From positions 46,202,464-46,266,463 of the forward strand of contig NC_043011.1 in NCBI RefSeq assembly GCF_006345805.1: a DNA stretch of 64,000 nucleotides, given 5' to 3'. How positions within the stretch are numbered: position 1 is the stretch's first letter; each line of letters begins with the position of its first letter. The notes below the pieces were generated by a model. The model saw only the letters and a program-made list of their open reading frames with translations, did no database searches and had not been told where the DNA came from. Positions 13,985 through 26,833 of this stretch are shown here, in pieces. This stretch comes from Octopus sinensis. Its lineage: Eukaryota. Made by a program: the position numbers and the translations under genes.

Positions 13985-14345
13985 CAACCATCTTACAAAC
14001 AATAATTCTGAGCACCTTTTCAAACTCCACCTGTCTAGCACCCGTGAACATGTTTACAAAGTCAGAAAACAGCACAGCTCCCATGACTTTCGGAAACATT
14101 TTTTCATGCTAAGAGTTGCTGAAGTATGGAACAAACTGCCGACATCAGTTGTTAGTTGTCGGAACACTGCATCCTTCAAAACTTCCATGCTTCCTGAGAT
14201 TCGCCAACACTACAAAACCATTCACATACAAGCATGTATCTGACTCATACACTGTTCACTTTCCAGACATTTGTACATTACTACATATGCTTTATACGCA
14301 CTTTTGACAAGTTGTGGTGCACCTGAGCACTGTATACAAAAATTT
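13985..14345 (+). mobile_element. CR1/L2-group LINE 3' fragment with (ATT)n tail
   Basis: Translation STREHVYKVRKQHSSHDFRKHFFMLRVAEVWNKLPTSVV..NTASFK matches the TRGH...RKxFF..RV...WNxLP...SFK C-terminal motif; second copy at 20003-20350. Confidence 0.85.
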
Positions 14346-14377
14346 TATTATTAATATTATTATTATTATTATTATTA

Positions 14378-14415
<38 letters not shown>

Positions 14416-14559
14416 TGTTGATGGTGTTCAATCCAGTACATTATTTGAGGCAAGTGAGGTTATTGACATACCAGCTATTTGAGTGTGTACGTGCTTTTTA
14501 TGCTGAGTTCGACATGTAATGAATTTAGGATATTGTCATCATAATATTCTGTGGTGTTG

Positions 14560-14950
14560 CATGTGTCAGTGTGTTTGGAGATGACTTTTTTCATGCAGTG
14601 ACAAGTCTATGGGAGTCGGAGTTTGCCACAACAAAATAAAAAAAAAAATGTCCTTTATACATCCAGGTAATCTTTGATTTTTTTTTTTAGTATCTTTGTT
14701 TTGTTGCCTACATAGTCTGTAGGTGTGTTTTGTGAGTAACATGTTATGATGTGTAGTGAGCTGTTTAGTGTCCTTAGTGGTTTGTTGTGATGAGACTGAG
14801 GTTCTAGGTAGGCCTAGCATTGTCCACGATGGACAATGCTAATGTATTGCTTGTGCACCATTGTTGTTGCTTCTTTTTGTTTGCCAGGTGTGGTGCCTGT
14901 GATATCTCTATGAATGCTGTGGATATTGTGGATGAATAACATTTATCTCT
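14560..14950 (-). pseudogene. Possible highly degenerate LINE APE endonuclease fragment
   Basis: Frameshifted RDITG/HHTWQTKRSNNNG (GDFNAHH...NxNG-like) and SD-HRLVTA (SDH-like) motifs. Confidence 0.3.
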
Positions 14951-15036
14951 AAGTATGTGTATCTTCTGTGTTGTATGTTTATGCTTTTCAGTGTGAGAGT
15001 AAGAAAGGAGGCAATGGATTTCATAGGTGTCACTGT

Positions 15037-15648
15037 AAACCATTAGCATTCAAATCAGCCATATCTGGCCAAAATATTTAACCTATTCCATATTGAAACT
15101 GGCCAAATCTGGCCTCTCACCTCATCCCCAAAGTGCCATTCTAAAACTAAGCAAGTACACCATTGACAGCTCTCAACTACAAAATAATGCATCAGGAGTG
15201 GCTGTGTGGTAAGTAGCTTGCTAACCAACCACATGGTTCCGGGTTCAGTTCCACTGCGTGGCATCTTGGGCAAGTGTCTACTGCTATAGCCCCGGGCCGA
15301 CCAATGCCTTGTGAGTGGATTTGGTAGACGGAAACTGAAAGAAGCCTGTCGTATATATGTATATATGTATATATATATATATGTATGTGTGTTTGTGTGT
15401 CTGTGTTTGTCCCCCTAGCATTGCTTGACAACCAATGCTGGTGGGTTTACGTCCCCGTCACTTAGCGGTTCAGCCAAAGCGATCAATAGAATAAGTACTG
15501 GGCTTACAAAGAATAAGTCCCGGGGTCGATTTGCTCGACTAAAGACGGTACTCCAGCATGGCCGCAGTTAAATGACTGAAACAAAGTAAAAGAGTAAAAG
15601 AGTAAACATTAAATTTGTCAGAATAATTTGAATACTAAAGGATTAAGC
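15037..15648. mobile_element. piggyBac-like MITE split by a SINE A insertion
   Basis: Left end TAAACCATTAGCATTCA, right end TGAATACTAAAGGATTAA (degenerate TTAA-CCCT termini). Confidence 0.55.
15193..15605 (+). mobile_element. SINE family A
   Basis: Full-length copy. Confidence 0.9.
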
Positions 15649-17328
15649 CAGTTGTTGTGGAACAAAGTTTTTTGGTAACATACATAGAGTTGGAATAACT
15701 GTGCAGCAGAAGTGGGAGAATGATGAAAGGATGTGAGTGCGATGTTGTATGTGTATGACTTTATTTCAAGGTATCTTTATATGATTGTTGCTTTATCTGC
15801 GAGAAATTGCTGCCAAATCTTCTTCAGATACACTGCTATTGTCTTAAAATATTCTGAATAAATCGAAGCAGTTGCTGAGAATGTTCAGCCTCACAAGTAT
15901 AAATGAGATAGTAAACGGATATATGGGAAGAGGTGATATTGAAGATTTATCCAAAACAGGCCAAAAAAAGAAAGAAAAGTAATGAAGAAAAATGGTTATT
16001 GAAATACTGCAGCAGCTTAGAACTATTTCCCGATGGAAATTGAAATAAGGTAAGTATAAAATGAGTATTAACAAAGACGAATGTGTTTCATGCAGTAAAC
16101 TAGCATGCAATTATAAGGTCTGTATTGATAAAATGGATTGGAAGGTTACCTGTGGTCTCAGGTGACAAGTATATGAAGTATCACTAATAGGATAGCAATA
16201 CAAAGCTTTGCAGCTTTTCAACCAGTCATTGATTAACTGGATCAGATGTTAATGTTATTTATTTTAGAAGACTTAGGAGAAGATGATAGAAATGTCTTTT
16301 TGAGAGAGAATAGAGTCTCTGGAAACTTTGGTGACTTAAGATGCAGCCTGCTTGCATTTACAATGATACATTGTAAATACACATTGCAGGTGACTCTTTT
16401 GCATTATATTGGAGAAAGAAGATAAAAAAAGGAAAGGAAAATGGAAGAAGAATAAGCAGGAAGAAGTATAAGGGAAAAAGAAGTAGAGAAGAAATGTTTC
16501 AGAATGAAAATGAGAAAAATGAAGAAGAAGAAGCAAAGTACAAACATATTTATTGGTGAAATATTTAAGGATATTTAGTGGAAATACATATAGGGGCCTC
16601 CATCAGTCAAGGCTGACCATACATCTGTTATGACCTGGATGTGGCTTGGCCCCCTTAGGGTGTAAGAAGGGCCAAAACCACTTGCCTGAGTGGGGTTTAG
16701 TCTCTGAAGACCTGTTGTTCAGTTCTCTTGAGAGTTTCTTACCACTTCAGAGGCAAGATGATTTGGAGTAAAACCAGAAGTTGTCCCTTCATGCAAGTCA
16801 CCTCGCTCTATGCCACTGATGTTTATTCAAGGGAAAGTCTGTCAACTCGGTAAAATACAGCCTGGCATCAGCGTCATCACAGGCATTACTGTAACAACAC
16901 AAAGAACTGGAACAGATGCCACACTATATATGGCCTCTCCTCTCTAACTGTTCCACTAATCCACTTCTCTTGATATATCCACTCTGGAGAGGTACTTTAC
17001 TGTGCAAATCACGGTAATCCCTGACTGATGGACACCTTCATATATAAAGATAGATGTTAGGTGAAAATATAAACAAAATCAATATCACTTGAAAGAAATT
17101 ATGAAATATGAGAAGAGATGAATAAGTTCTCTGTTCTATGACTTATGATTAAACCCTGCCATAATTGAATTTGTGTTTTATTCTACTAGACCTATAAAAC
17201 AAGTACCAGTAATTCAATTGACTATACATCTCTCTTGAGAAAAATGACTTTAGGTCTTGTCAAAAGAAATCATTGCTATAAAAGGTGTGATGTCTGGTAG
17301 CAATCTGATTATATTTCATTTCATTTAG

Positions 17329-17430
17329 CTGAAGCAAGAAGATCACAGCATTCTATTTTGCCTTTCCTTATAAATCTAAGAATCCTATGCTTTTGTATGA
17401 AATCAATATTAGAATACCTGAAGAGCAAAG
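17329..17430 (+). CDS. Candidate internal exon (102 nt)
   Basis: TTTCATTTAG acceptor, AG|GTAAAC donor, open phase-1 frame xEARRSQHSILPFLINLRILCFCMKSILEYLKSK; no homology recognised. Confidence 0.2.
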
Positions 17431-17520
17431 GTAAACACCTTGAAAGCTGATTGTATGAGCAGATTTGATTTGCATCTGTGGCCGTGATATTTCACTCACA
17501 TCATTTAAAGAGATGAACAT

Positions 17521-17926
17521 CAGGCGCAGGAGTGGCTGTGTGGTAAGTAGCTTGCTAACCAACCACATGGTTCCGGGTTCAGTCCCACTGCGTGGCATCT
17601 TGGGCAAGTGTCTTCTGCTATAGCCCCGGGCCGACCAATGCCTTGTGAGTGGATTTGGTAGACGGAAACTGAAAGAAGCCCGTCGTATATATATATATAT
17701 ATGTATATGTGTGTATGTGTGTGTGTGTTTGTCCCCCTAGCATTGCTTGACAACCGATGCTGGTGTGTTTACGTCCCCGTCACTTAGCGGTTCGGCAAAA
17801 GAGACCGATAGAATAAGTACTGGGCTTACAATGAATAAGTCCCAGGGTCGATTTGCTCGACTAAAGGCGGTGCTCCAGCATGGCCGCAGTCAAATGACTG
17901 AAACAAGTAAAAGAGAGTAAAGAGAG
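17521..17926 (+). mobile_element. SINE family A
   Basis: Full-length copy. Confidence 0.9.
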
Positions 17927-18208
17927 TATCACTCATTCTCACTCCCATCTCTCTACATCCCGTTATGTCCAACGTATCATATCCGTGTAAGAAATCAATA
18001 TCAAATCACTCGGGAAAAAGACACGAATGAGATAAAAAGAGATGAGATGCAAAAACTGAAAATGTTTAAGCAGCATCAACGATTTTAGAACAGAAACAGC
18101 AAAAGCAGAAAAATATTATAAAATTACTGATCTTTTGGAGGAAAAATTAAAATAGTTTAAATTAGTTTAAAATTGTGTTAAAATAAAAGTAGATTATTTT
18201 TCTGTATG

Positions 18209-18598
18209 GATGGATGGAAGCACTCCGTCGGTTACGACGATGAGGGTTCCGGCTGATCCGAATCAACGGAACAGCCTGCTCATGGAATTAACGTGTAAGT
18301 GGCTGAGCACTCCACAGACACGTGCACCCTTAACGTAGTTCTCGGTGATATTCAGCATGACACAGAGAGTGACAAGGCCGGCCCCTTGAAATACAGGTAC
18401 AACAGAAACAGGAAGTAAGAGTGAGAGAAAGTTGTGGTGAAAGAGTACAGCAGGGATCACCACCATCCTCTGCCGGAGTCTCGTGCAGCTTTTAGGTGTT
18501 TTCGCTCAATAAACATTCACAACGCCCGGTCTTGGAATTGAAACCGCGATCCTATGACCGCGAGTCCGCTGCCCTAACCACTGGGCCATTGCGCCTCC
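18209..18598 (-). mobile_element. SINE family B with TSD
   Basis: TSD TTTCTGTATG at 18199-18208 and 18599-18608; near-identical to the copy at 29275-29663. Confidence 0.92.
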
Positions 18599-19234
18599 TT
18601 TCTGTATGCAATACGCAAAATATAACAAAATTGCAAACAAGAAAACTGTACAAGTGAAATACCGTAATAGACCTAATGGGTGCTGAAATATTTGCACAAG
18701 TAATTGCAATTTGTTACTTTGTTCGTTTATCGTTAGTTATTTATGTTAAGACATAAAACTATTTCCACTGGTAATATAATGTAAGGTGGGATATTTTAGT
18801 ATTATCTCGCCCTCCTGTACAATGCTACATGACATTTCAAACACAGCTTTTATTCATAAAGAAGGAAACACACACAGCCACACAGAAACGAGGAAACATC
18901 TTTCATTATAGCACTTCATACCTGCTAACCTTATCACCTCTGCAACTACTATCCACTATGGTGAAAAATACCAAGTTCTAAAAGAAAATACAGCAGAGGC
19001 AATAAACGAGTAAGTTTGTCTGTCTAAATCTGTGTGTGTGTGTGTGTGTGTGTAAATTATTAAGGTGGCTGTGCAATTTTGAACTGAAAGGCAACAAGTA
19101 TAGCTGTCACTATAGTGATGGTGGGTGTGTACTAATCAGCACCAGCATTGCTAGAAGTAAGAGTCAGAACAGCTCTTAGTCATGTGAGAGCACTTTTAGT
19201 GACTATATATATATACATATATATATATATATGT

Positions 19235-19264
<30 letters not shown>

Positions 19265-19266
<2 letters not shown>

Positions 19267-19596
19267 GACGAGCAAAACACCCCCTGTCCAATGGACAGTG
19301 CTGAGTCGTCAAATATTTAAACCAAATTTTCTCAAAACTTGCCCGACCATCCCATAGGCCTCCCCTTTGAGAAACACTGATTTAACCTAAATTTGAGACA
19401 CCAGCAAAAGATGAAATAAAGATAGATTTTTTTTCTATTCCAAAGAAAAACGATTTCCCATGGCTTTATCAATTGCATTCTCACCTGGAATCGATTTTTG
19501 TAATTTTTTCAAGACTTATACATGCCCTGATACCGTCGGTATCTACATATCAAATTTGAGCACAATCAGATGGAGGATGCCCAAGATCCTAGAAGC

Positions 19597-19628
<32 letters not shown>

Positions 19629-19650
19629 GATAGAATGGATTTTATATGGC
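19265..19650. mobile_element. HINE/DINE-like non-autonomous Helentron-associated element
   Basis: TAGAC...CTGTCCAATGGACAG subterminal hairpin; CAAATTTGAGCACAATC motif; (CA)n-GACAGA-TTTTATAT end. Confidence 0.5.
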
Positions 19651-19925
19651 TCATGATTGTAAGATCATGAGTTCAATTTCCAGCAATGCATTATGTCCTT
19701 GAGCAAGACTCTTTATTTCCTGTTGCTCCAGTCTGCTCTGCTGGCAAAAATGAGTAGTACCTCTATTTCAAATGGCCGGCCATGTCACACTCTGCATCAT
19801 GCTGAATCTCCCTCAGAACTACATTAAGGGTTCGTGTGTCTGTGGAGTGCTCAGCCACTTGCACGTTAATTTCACACACAAGCTATTCCATTGACGGTTT
19901 CAGCTGGGACCCTTGTCATAACTAG
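19648..19925 (+). mobile_element. Chimeric SINE (CORE-like body plus family B tail)
   Basis: TTGAGCAAGACTCTTTATTTC...GGCAAAAATGAGT joined to ACCTCTATTTCAAATGGCC...GTGGAGTGCTCAGCCAC. Confidence 0.75.
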
Positions 19926-20002
19926 CAGAGTGGTCCTTTTTATTTATATATATATATATAGGCTCAAATTTTTTTCTAATATATATGTATAACACATATA
20001 CA

Positions 20003-20350
20003 GACTCCACCCATCTAACACCCGTGGACATATTTACAAAGTCAGAAACCAGCACAGCTCCCATGACTTTAGGAAACATTTTTTCACGCTGAGATTTGCT
20101 GAAGCATGGAACAAACTCCCTGCATCAGTTGTTAGTTGTCGGAGCACTGCATCCTTCAAAACTTCCATGCTTCCTGAGATTCGCCAACACTACACCTGAT
20201 TTTCTCACCTCCATACACACGCAAGCATGTACCTGACTCATGCATTGTTCGCTTTCCAGACATTTGTACACTACTGCATGTGCTTTATATGCACTGTCTG
20301 ACAAGTTGTGGTGCACCTGAGCACTGTATACAATAATTTCATTATTATTA
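20003..20350 (+). mobile_element. CR1/L2-group LINE 3' fragment
   Basis: Homologous to 14030-14345. Confidence 0.85.
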
Positions 20351-21380
20351 TTTATTATACACACAGATGTACAAAGCATCTATATGTATGTATATATGCA
20401 TGCGTGTGTGTGTGTGTGTGTGTGTGTGTAATGTGAAGGAATTTCCCATAAACAATAAAGCAGTATTTGAATGGAATTACCTAGTTATGCAGAATAGTAC
20501 AAATAATAAAAAAAAAATGCTCTGTTACTACTGAAAAGACAATCAATTATCAAGGAAAACACACATGATGCATATATTAGAGGCCTGTCTTCTTTGATGG
20601 TTTTACTAGCAATAAATGGAGTATCTATTGGCAGTGTTGGTTTTATGGTGTTTTATCTAACATTCCAAGAGAAACAGATGATCTCACAGACATTAATCTC
20701 CATAAATAAATCTATATAAAAAGTATAATCACAAAACTTGTGCAACGTTTCTATGAGTTATCAGTCTTGCTAAACACAATGCTGCCAAATGAGATTTAGT
20801 TCACCGAATCTAAGAACTGTTGTAAGACGTACAAGGAAAAATTCTCTTTCTCGTTTATTTGATCTTGTTAATTACCTGTGTTCTAACATCATTAGGTTGA
20901 ATGAAATTAAACACACACAGAAAGATGTTACTGATCATGTTAACCCCTTCACAAAATGCAATCACATGCACCACAAGCACACACAAAGTTTCTGAGAATG
21001 TAATTTGGTTAATATTTAAACTGGACTTAACTGTAAATATGCTTGCCGTTGATAACCATGCTTTTTATGTATCGTCTTTTACTATATATATATGTATATA
21101 TATATAAATCAAAAAATTAAATTATACCATATAGAAAAAACTACATCCTATAGAAAAAATTAAATATCAGATAAAAACATATACCAATGCTTAAGTAATG
21201 TGCAAAATAATAAATAAAATGTATATATTTGGTATATATTTTTTCTAATTTATATATATATATCTTATATTTTGTGAAATTTGATTTAGTATTTCTAAAT
21301 TGAATTTTTCCCTGTAAGTTTGGAATAATATTCCTAAATATTATTATAATTATTATTACTATTATTATTATTATATATAT

Positions 21381-21459
<79 letters not shown>

Positions 21460-21585
21460 AATAGTTAAGTTCAATCCAGGGATCCAAGTTAGTAAGTTTC
21501 AGGCATTTATGCAGCTAGAACAGATGACAAAAAATGCACAACATATGATAAAAAAGAAATTAATGAAACCAATGATAAAGTATAT

Positions 21586-21793
21586 ACTCTCTTTACTCTT
21601 TTACTCATTTACTTGTTTCAGTCATTTGACTGTGGCCATGCTGGAGCACCGCCTTTAGTCGAGAAAATCTACCCCACGACTTATTCTTTGTAAGCCTAGT
21701 ACTTATTCTATCACTAAGTTACGGGGACGTAAATACACCAGTATCGGTTGTCAAGCCGATGTTGGAGGAACAAACACAGACAGAAAAATATAT

Positions 21794-21826
<33 letters not shown>

Positions 21827-21917
21827 CATATATACGACAGTCTTCTTTCAGTTTCCTTCTACCAAATCCACTCACAAGACTTTGGTTGGCCCGAGGTAAT
21901 AGTAAAAGACACTTGCC
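21586..21917 (-). mobile_element. SINE family A lacking its head, abutting a family C element
   Basis: Reverse-complement match ending at GACACTTGCC. Confidence 0.85.
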
Positions 21918-22257
21918 TCTTTGGTCATAAATTATCATGGGATTGCACATAGAAAAGTTCCTCTCGGAAGCACAAGTCCGAGCAAGATTGTTTGTGCAAG
22001 ACCAGCAGTTGGCCATATGTACCAGCCTCTCCCCTCACCATGCCATTGATGTTATCCAGGCGAAAGGCAAAGGAGCAGATACAGCTTGGCACCAGTGACA
22101 TTGCAACTCATTTCTACTGCTGAGTGGACTGTGAAGCAACATGAAAAATAAAGTATCTTGCCTAAGAGCACAACACACATCCTGGTCTGGGAATCAAACT
22201 CACTACCTCATGGTTATAATCCTGACACTCTAACCACTAAGCCATGTGCCTTCTTGC
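21918..22257 (-). mobile_element. SINE family C
   Basis: Reverse complement of 11193-11512. Confidence 0.85.
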
Positions 22258-22282
22258 ATGCACACACATACGTATTTATATA

Positions 22283-22605
22283 TCATCATCATCATCATCA
22301 TCATCATCATCGTTTAACATCCGCTTTCCATGCTAGCATGGGTTGGACGGTTCAACTGGGGTCTGGGAAGCCTGAAGGTTGCACCAGGCCAGTCAGATCT
22401 GGCAGTGTTTCTACAGCTGGATGCCCTTCCTAACGCAACACACCACTCCGTGAGTGTAGTGGTGCTTTTTTTTGTGCCACCGACACAGTGCCAGATGAGG
22501 CTGGCGAACGGCCACGCTCGGATGGTGTTTTTTATGTGCCACCGACACCGGTGCCAGACGAGGCTGGCAAACGGTCACGCTCGGATGGTGTTTTTTATGT
22601 GCCAA
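22283..22605 (-). mobile_element. RTE-type LINE 3' UTR fragment
   Basis: (CAT)n plus family consensus with ~58-bp units. Confidence 0.8.
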
Positions 22606-22620
22606 TATATATATATATAT

Positions 22621-22670
<50 letters not shown>

Positions 22671-23664
22671 GAATATGCCATGTAACTTGAAAGTGCTACT
22701 GGCAACATGTAACCCAAAAGAACCTGGTCTGGTCTTTGGTGGCTAAATTGACGACCTCCCTTTCAGATAAACAACAAAACCTGCTAAAGGGTACAAGAAC
22801 TTGTGAGGAGTCTATGACCATCCACTGATATGTACATATGCACATTAAGTAAGTTTGTACAATTAGTGTGTTTTTCTTTTACATTCAAATGAGGTATAGA
22901 AAAAAATCTGCACAGATTCATCTCCATAGATTTGAAGTTGGCAACAGCAAGTCAATGAGGACATCTACTTCTGGTGGCAATATGCCATCATGCAGGGCTA
23001 ATGTATATTGTGAATATCATATTAATTATTTAAAATGTAATGTTAATTATCAGATATTTTAATATGCTAAAACAAGTTCATTATGTTAATTTAAGATAAT
23101 AAAATTTATACTAAAATTCAGACTATTATACAAACACACCACACACACACATATATTTGTGTGTGTGTGTGTGTGTACCATCTAATTCCATCTACCAATT
23201 CTACTTGCCAGGTATTGGTCACCATAAGGTTAAAACACTGGCTGAAGGCACTTACTGAATTATCCACGGTGAAGGCACTTACTGAATTATCCACAGTGAA
23301 CCAGGAGCCATGTAGTTGGGAATTGAACTTCTAAACAATGCATACATACTCTGTATCCTATCTTTCACATAAGACTGCAACAACTGCACATGTACATTGT
23401 GCATGTGTGTTAGTTTTCATTGCATCACAGACATGGTAAATTTACTTGATTTTCAATGTGATAAGTCACAGAAAATCATCTTTTTCTTCAGCTGGAGTAC
23501 TGGCCTACTACAAGCTTTACCATCCTATTACAAGCTGACATGTGCTTAATATTAGTTCAACTACAGTTAAGCTCATATTAAGCATATGTCAGTTATACAG
23601 CTTCACACTGCTTTTAACAATGAACTCTAACTTCTCATGTCACCTATTTACCTATATATATTGT

Positions 23665-24058
23665 GGCACTCCGTCGGTTACGACGACGAGGGTTCCAGTT
23701 GATCCAATCAATGGAACAGTCTGCTCATGAAATTAACATGTAAGTGACTGAGCACTCTACAGACACGTGTACCCTTAACGTAGTTCTTGGGCGAGATTCA
23801 GCATGACACAGTGTGTGACAAGGCTGGCCCTTTGAAATACAGGTACAACAGAAACAGGAAGAAAGAGTGAGAGAAAGTTGTGGTGCAAGACTACAGTAGG
23901 GTCCACCACCATCCCCTGCCAGAGCCTCATGGAACTTTAGGTGTTTACGCTCAATAAACACTCACAACGCCTGATCTGGGAATCGTAACCGCGATCCTAC
24001 AACCATGATCCTACGATCGCGAGTCCACTGCCCTAACCACTGCGCCATTGCACCTTCA
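23665..24058 (-). mobile_element. SINE family B with TSD
   Basis: ACCTATATATAT duplicated at 23650-23661 and 24060-24071. Confidence 0.9.
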
Positions 24059-24104
24059 CACCTATATATATAGTCAGGTGGGAATAATATACTTTTGCAC
24101 AAGG

Positions 24105-24290
24105 CTTGCAATTTCAGAGGAGGTGGGTAAGCGAATAACATCGATCCCAGTGCTCAACTGGTAACTATTTTATTGACCCCTGCCAAAGAATGAAGGACAA
24201 AGTTCTACCTCGGCAGAATTTGAACTCAAAACTTAAAGACAGATGAAATGTTACTAAGCAGTTTGCTCAGCATGCTAATGATTATTTCTT
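24105..24290 (-). mobile_element. SINE family E (degenerate)
   Basis: CGATCCCAGTGCTCAACTGGTA...CCTCGGCAGAATTTGAACTC. Confidence 0.7.
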
Positions 24291-24714
24291 GTAATAGTTT
24301 CTGAGGTGTAAACAGTGAGTAGTGAAAATATTCTGCCCAAGTTATTTTAATGATTCTATCTAAATTCAATTTACGCAAAGCTTTTTCTATCAAAGAAAAA
24401 AAAGTGCCGAGTCAGTTCCTTTCTGGAAGAAAACAGAGACAGCTGCCAATGTCAATATATAACAGTTAGATTATTGATAAGTGAAGGATTTTTGGAGCAG
24501 GAGGAGCTCACGTGCACTTTATAAGATCCTGATGTAAGATTGATTGTTAAAAATAACACTGCGCAACAATTTAGTGTTTATAACCTGTCACTGAATAAAT
24601 ACAAGCAATCAATGCTGATAGAAATGAAAATATTTTGCATTCATGCATGAGTTGGGAAAGAAGAAGAAGGAAAAAACAAAGAACACACATGTTATGTTCA
24701 AAAGAGGTTAAGTG

Positions 24715-24962
24715 GAGAAAGAAGAAGAAGAAGAAGAAGAAGGAGGAGGAGGAGGAGAAGAAGAAGAAGGAGAGAGGAGGAGGAGGAGGAGGAGAAGAAG
24801 AAGAAGAAGAAGAAGAAGAAGAAGAAGAAAGAAGAAGGAGAAGAAGAAGGAGAAGAAGAAGGAGAAGAAGAAGAAAAAGAAGAAGAAGAAGAAGGAGGAG
24901 AAGAAGAAGAAGAAGAAGAAGAAGAGAAGAAGAAGAAGAAGAGAAGAAGAAGAAGAAGAGAG
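24715..24962. repeat. (GAA/GAG)n purine microsatellite
   Basis: Directly visible. Confidence 0.97.
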
Positions 24963-25334
24963 TAATGTAAAAAGTGGCACAGTTCAATGTGTGTGGAGTG
25001 GGGGAGTTGTATGAATAGGAAGTTGATTATGTTTTGGTTATTGAACATCACTGATTCTTACTGATTAACTTTTTAGATTGATTAAGATTTGAATGACAAG
25101 AGATTGGGTTGAAGCTGTTGTTTACACCCAGTCCAATTGTGGATGAATAGACCTAGAAATGATGAGCATTCCACTGATGAATATCCCATCATTCTCAATA
25201 GTTATGGTTACATTACCTAATGTTTTCCTTCCTCTGAAGATGATGGAGTGAGAATTAGGGGAATTCGGTTGCTATTTCTAGCAAGCTGGAAAACCACAAA
25301 GTGGTTCCGTTGGTGGTTTTAAAGAAAAGATGAG

Positions 25335-25836
25335 AAGGTGGCGAGCTGGCAGAAACGTTAGCGCACCGGAAGAAATGCTTAACGGTATTTCGTCTGCTGC
25401 TACGCTGTGAGTTCAAATTCCGCCGAGGTCGACTTTGCCTTTCATCCTTTCAGGGTTGATTAAATAAGTACCTATTTCTTTACTACCCACAAGTGGCTAA
25501 ACATAGAGGGGACAAACAAGGACAGACAAAGGTATTAAGTCGATTACATCGACCCCAGTGCGTAACTGGTACTTAATTTATCGACCCCGAAAGGATGAAA
25601 GGCAAAGTCGACCTCGGCGGAATTTGAACTCAGTACGTAACAGCAGACGAAATATCGCTAAGCATTTCGCCCTGCGTGCTAACGTTTCTGCCAGCTCACC
25701 TCCTTGTTCTGCCAGCTCACCTCGATTAAATAAGTACCAGTTACGCACTGGGTCGATATAATCGACATAATCCGTGTGTCTGTCCTTGTTTGTCCTCTCT
25801 GTGTTTAGCTCCTTGTGGGTAAGTAAAGAAATAGGT
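25335..25836. mobile_element. SINE E (+) interrupted by an inverted SINE E (-) with 15-bp TSD
   Basis: GATTAAATAAGTACC at 25458-25472 and 25724-25738 flanks the minus-strand copy. Confidence 0.85.
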
Positions 25837-26441
25837 TTTAAAGAAAAGATGTGCAAAAAATAATGGTGTAACATAGCTGATGTTAGGATCAATAAAAAGA
25901 CACTTCCAGAAGTGTAAATTAAGTTATAGATTAAACATCAGTACTGGATAAAGATGGAAAAAAAAAAAAATTAAAAACAAATTAATTTGATATCTTAAGA
26001 GAACAGTTGATTACTTTCAGTTATTTTCAATGGAGAAAAATATGATGTAATCAATGAGTGTCTTCCTAAATTCATTATTGAATTCATGTCTTCCCTTCCA
26101 TAGGTCAATATGTTGTAAGCAAACACATACTCTACATATTTTAGTTTTCCCCTCCTCCTTTTAATCAGTCATAAGTTTAATAATCTCTCTCTCTCTCTCA
26201 TAATAAAATGAATGTGAAATCAGTCTTTAAATCAATAGCATGTAATCTGGAATTGTGCCAGCATCTAATTTTACCTATACACTATTTCTTATATAATGGG
26301 ACTGCAGTAAGAGAAATAATGATTAAAAATAAGTTAATTCTATTTCATTTTATTCATGTTAAAGAAAGCATATCATAGGATCCATGTAGAAGTAATTTTG
26401 ATATATAATATATGAAAAATTATGACTCTGTTATATAATTA

Positions 26442-26833
26442 ACTAGCAATATCGCCCGGCGTTGCTCGGGTTTGTTTCAACCCTTTAAAATTGGAATTTT
26501 TGAAAAGTAAAAATTTTGCCTTATGTAGCTTGTTATTCTCTTTAAGTGAACATGTTTCTGGTTGAAATACACCGAAAAATGGCGACACAGCAGTCAAAAA
26601 ATCGTAAAAAATAGGGATTTTCATAGAAAAAAAGCACCTTTTTGACGTAAATAATTTTTGGTGTTAACATGGTCCGATTTGAACTTTTTCTTCTATTGAA
26701 CAAAGAACAAGCCTTCTTCTATCATACTCTCAATTTTGGTCAACTTGCACCACAGGGTCTCGGAGGAGATAGTGTTTGTTGAAGGCTACCAAAGCTGCCA
26801 TACACAGACAACTTCAGCTTTATATATAGAGAG
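26442..26833. mobile_element. HINE/DINE-like non-autonomous Helentron-associated element
   Basis: ACTAGC-AATATC-GCCCGGCGTTGCTCGGG subterminal hairpin; end CACAGACAACTTCAGCTTTATATATAGAGA; termini shared with 32461-32766. Confidence 0.7.

Noticed and set aside
24571-25051. Poly-R/K/E/L/F ORFs
   Set aside because: Translations of (GAA/GAG)n
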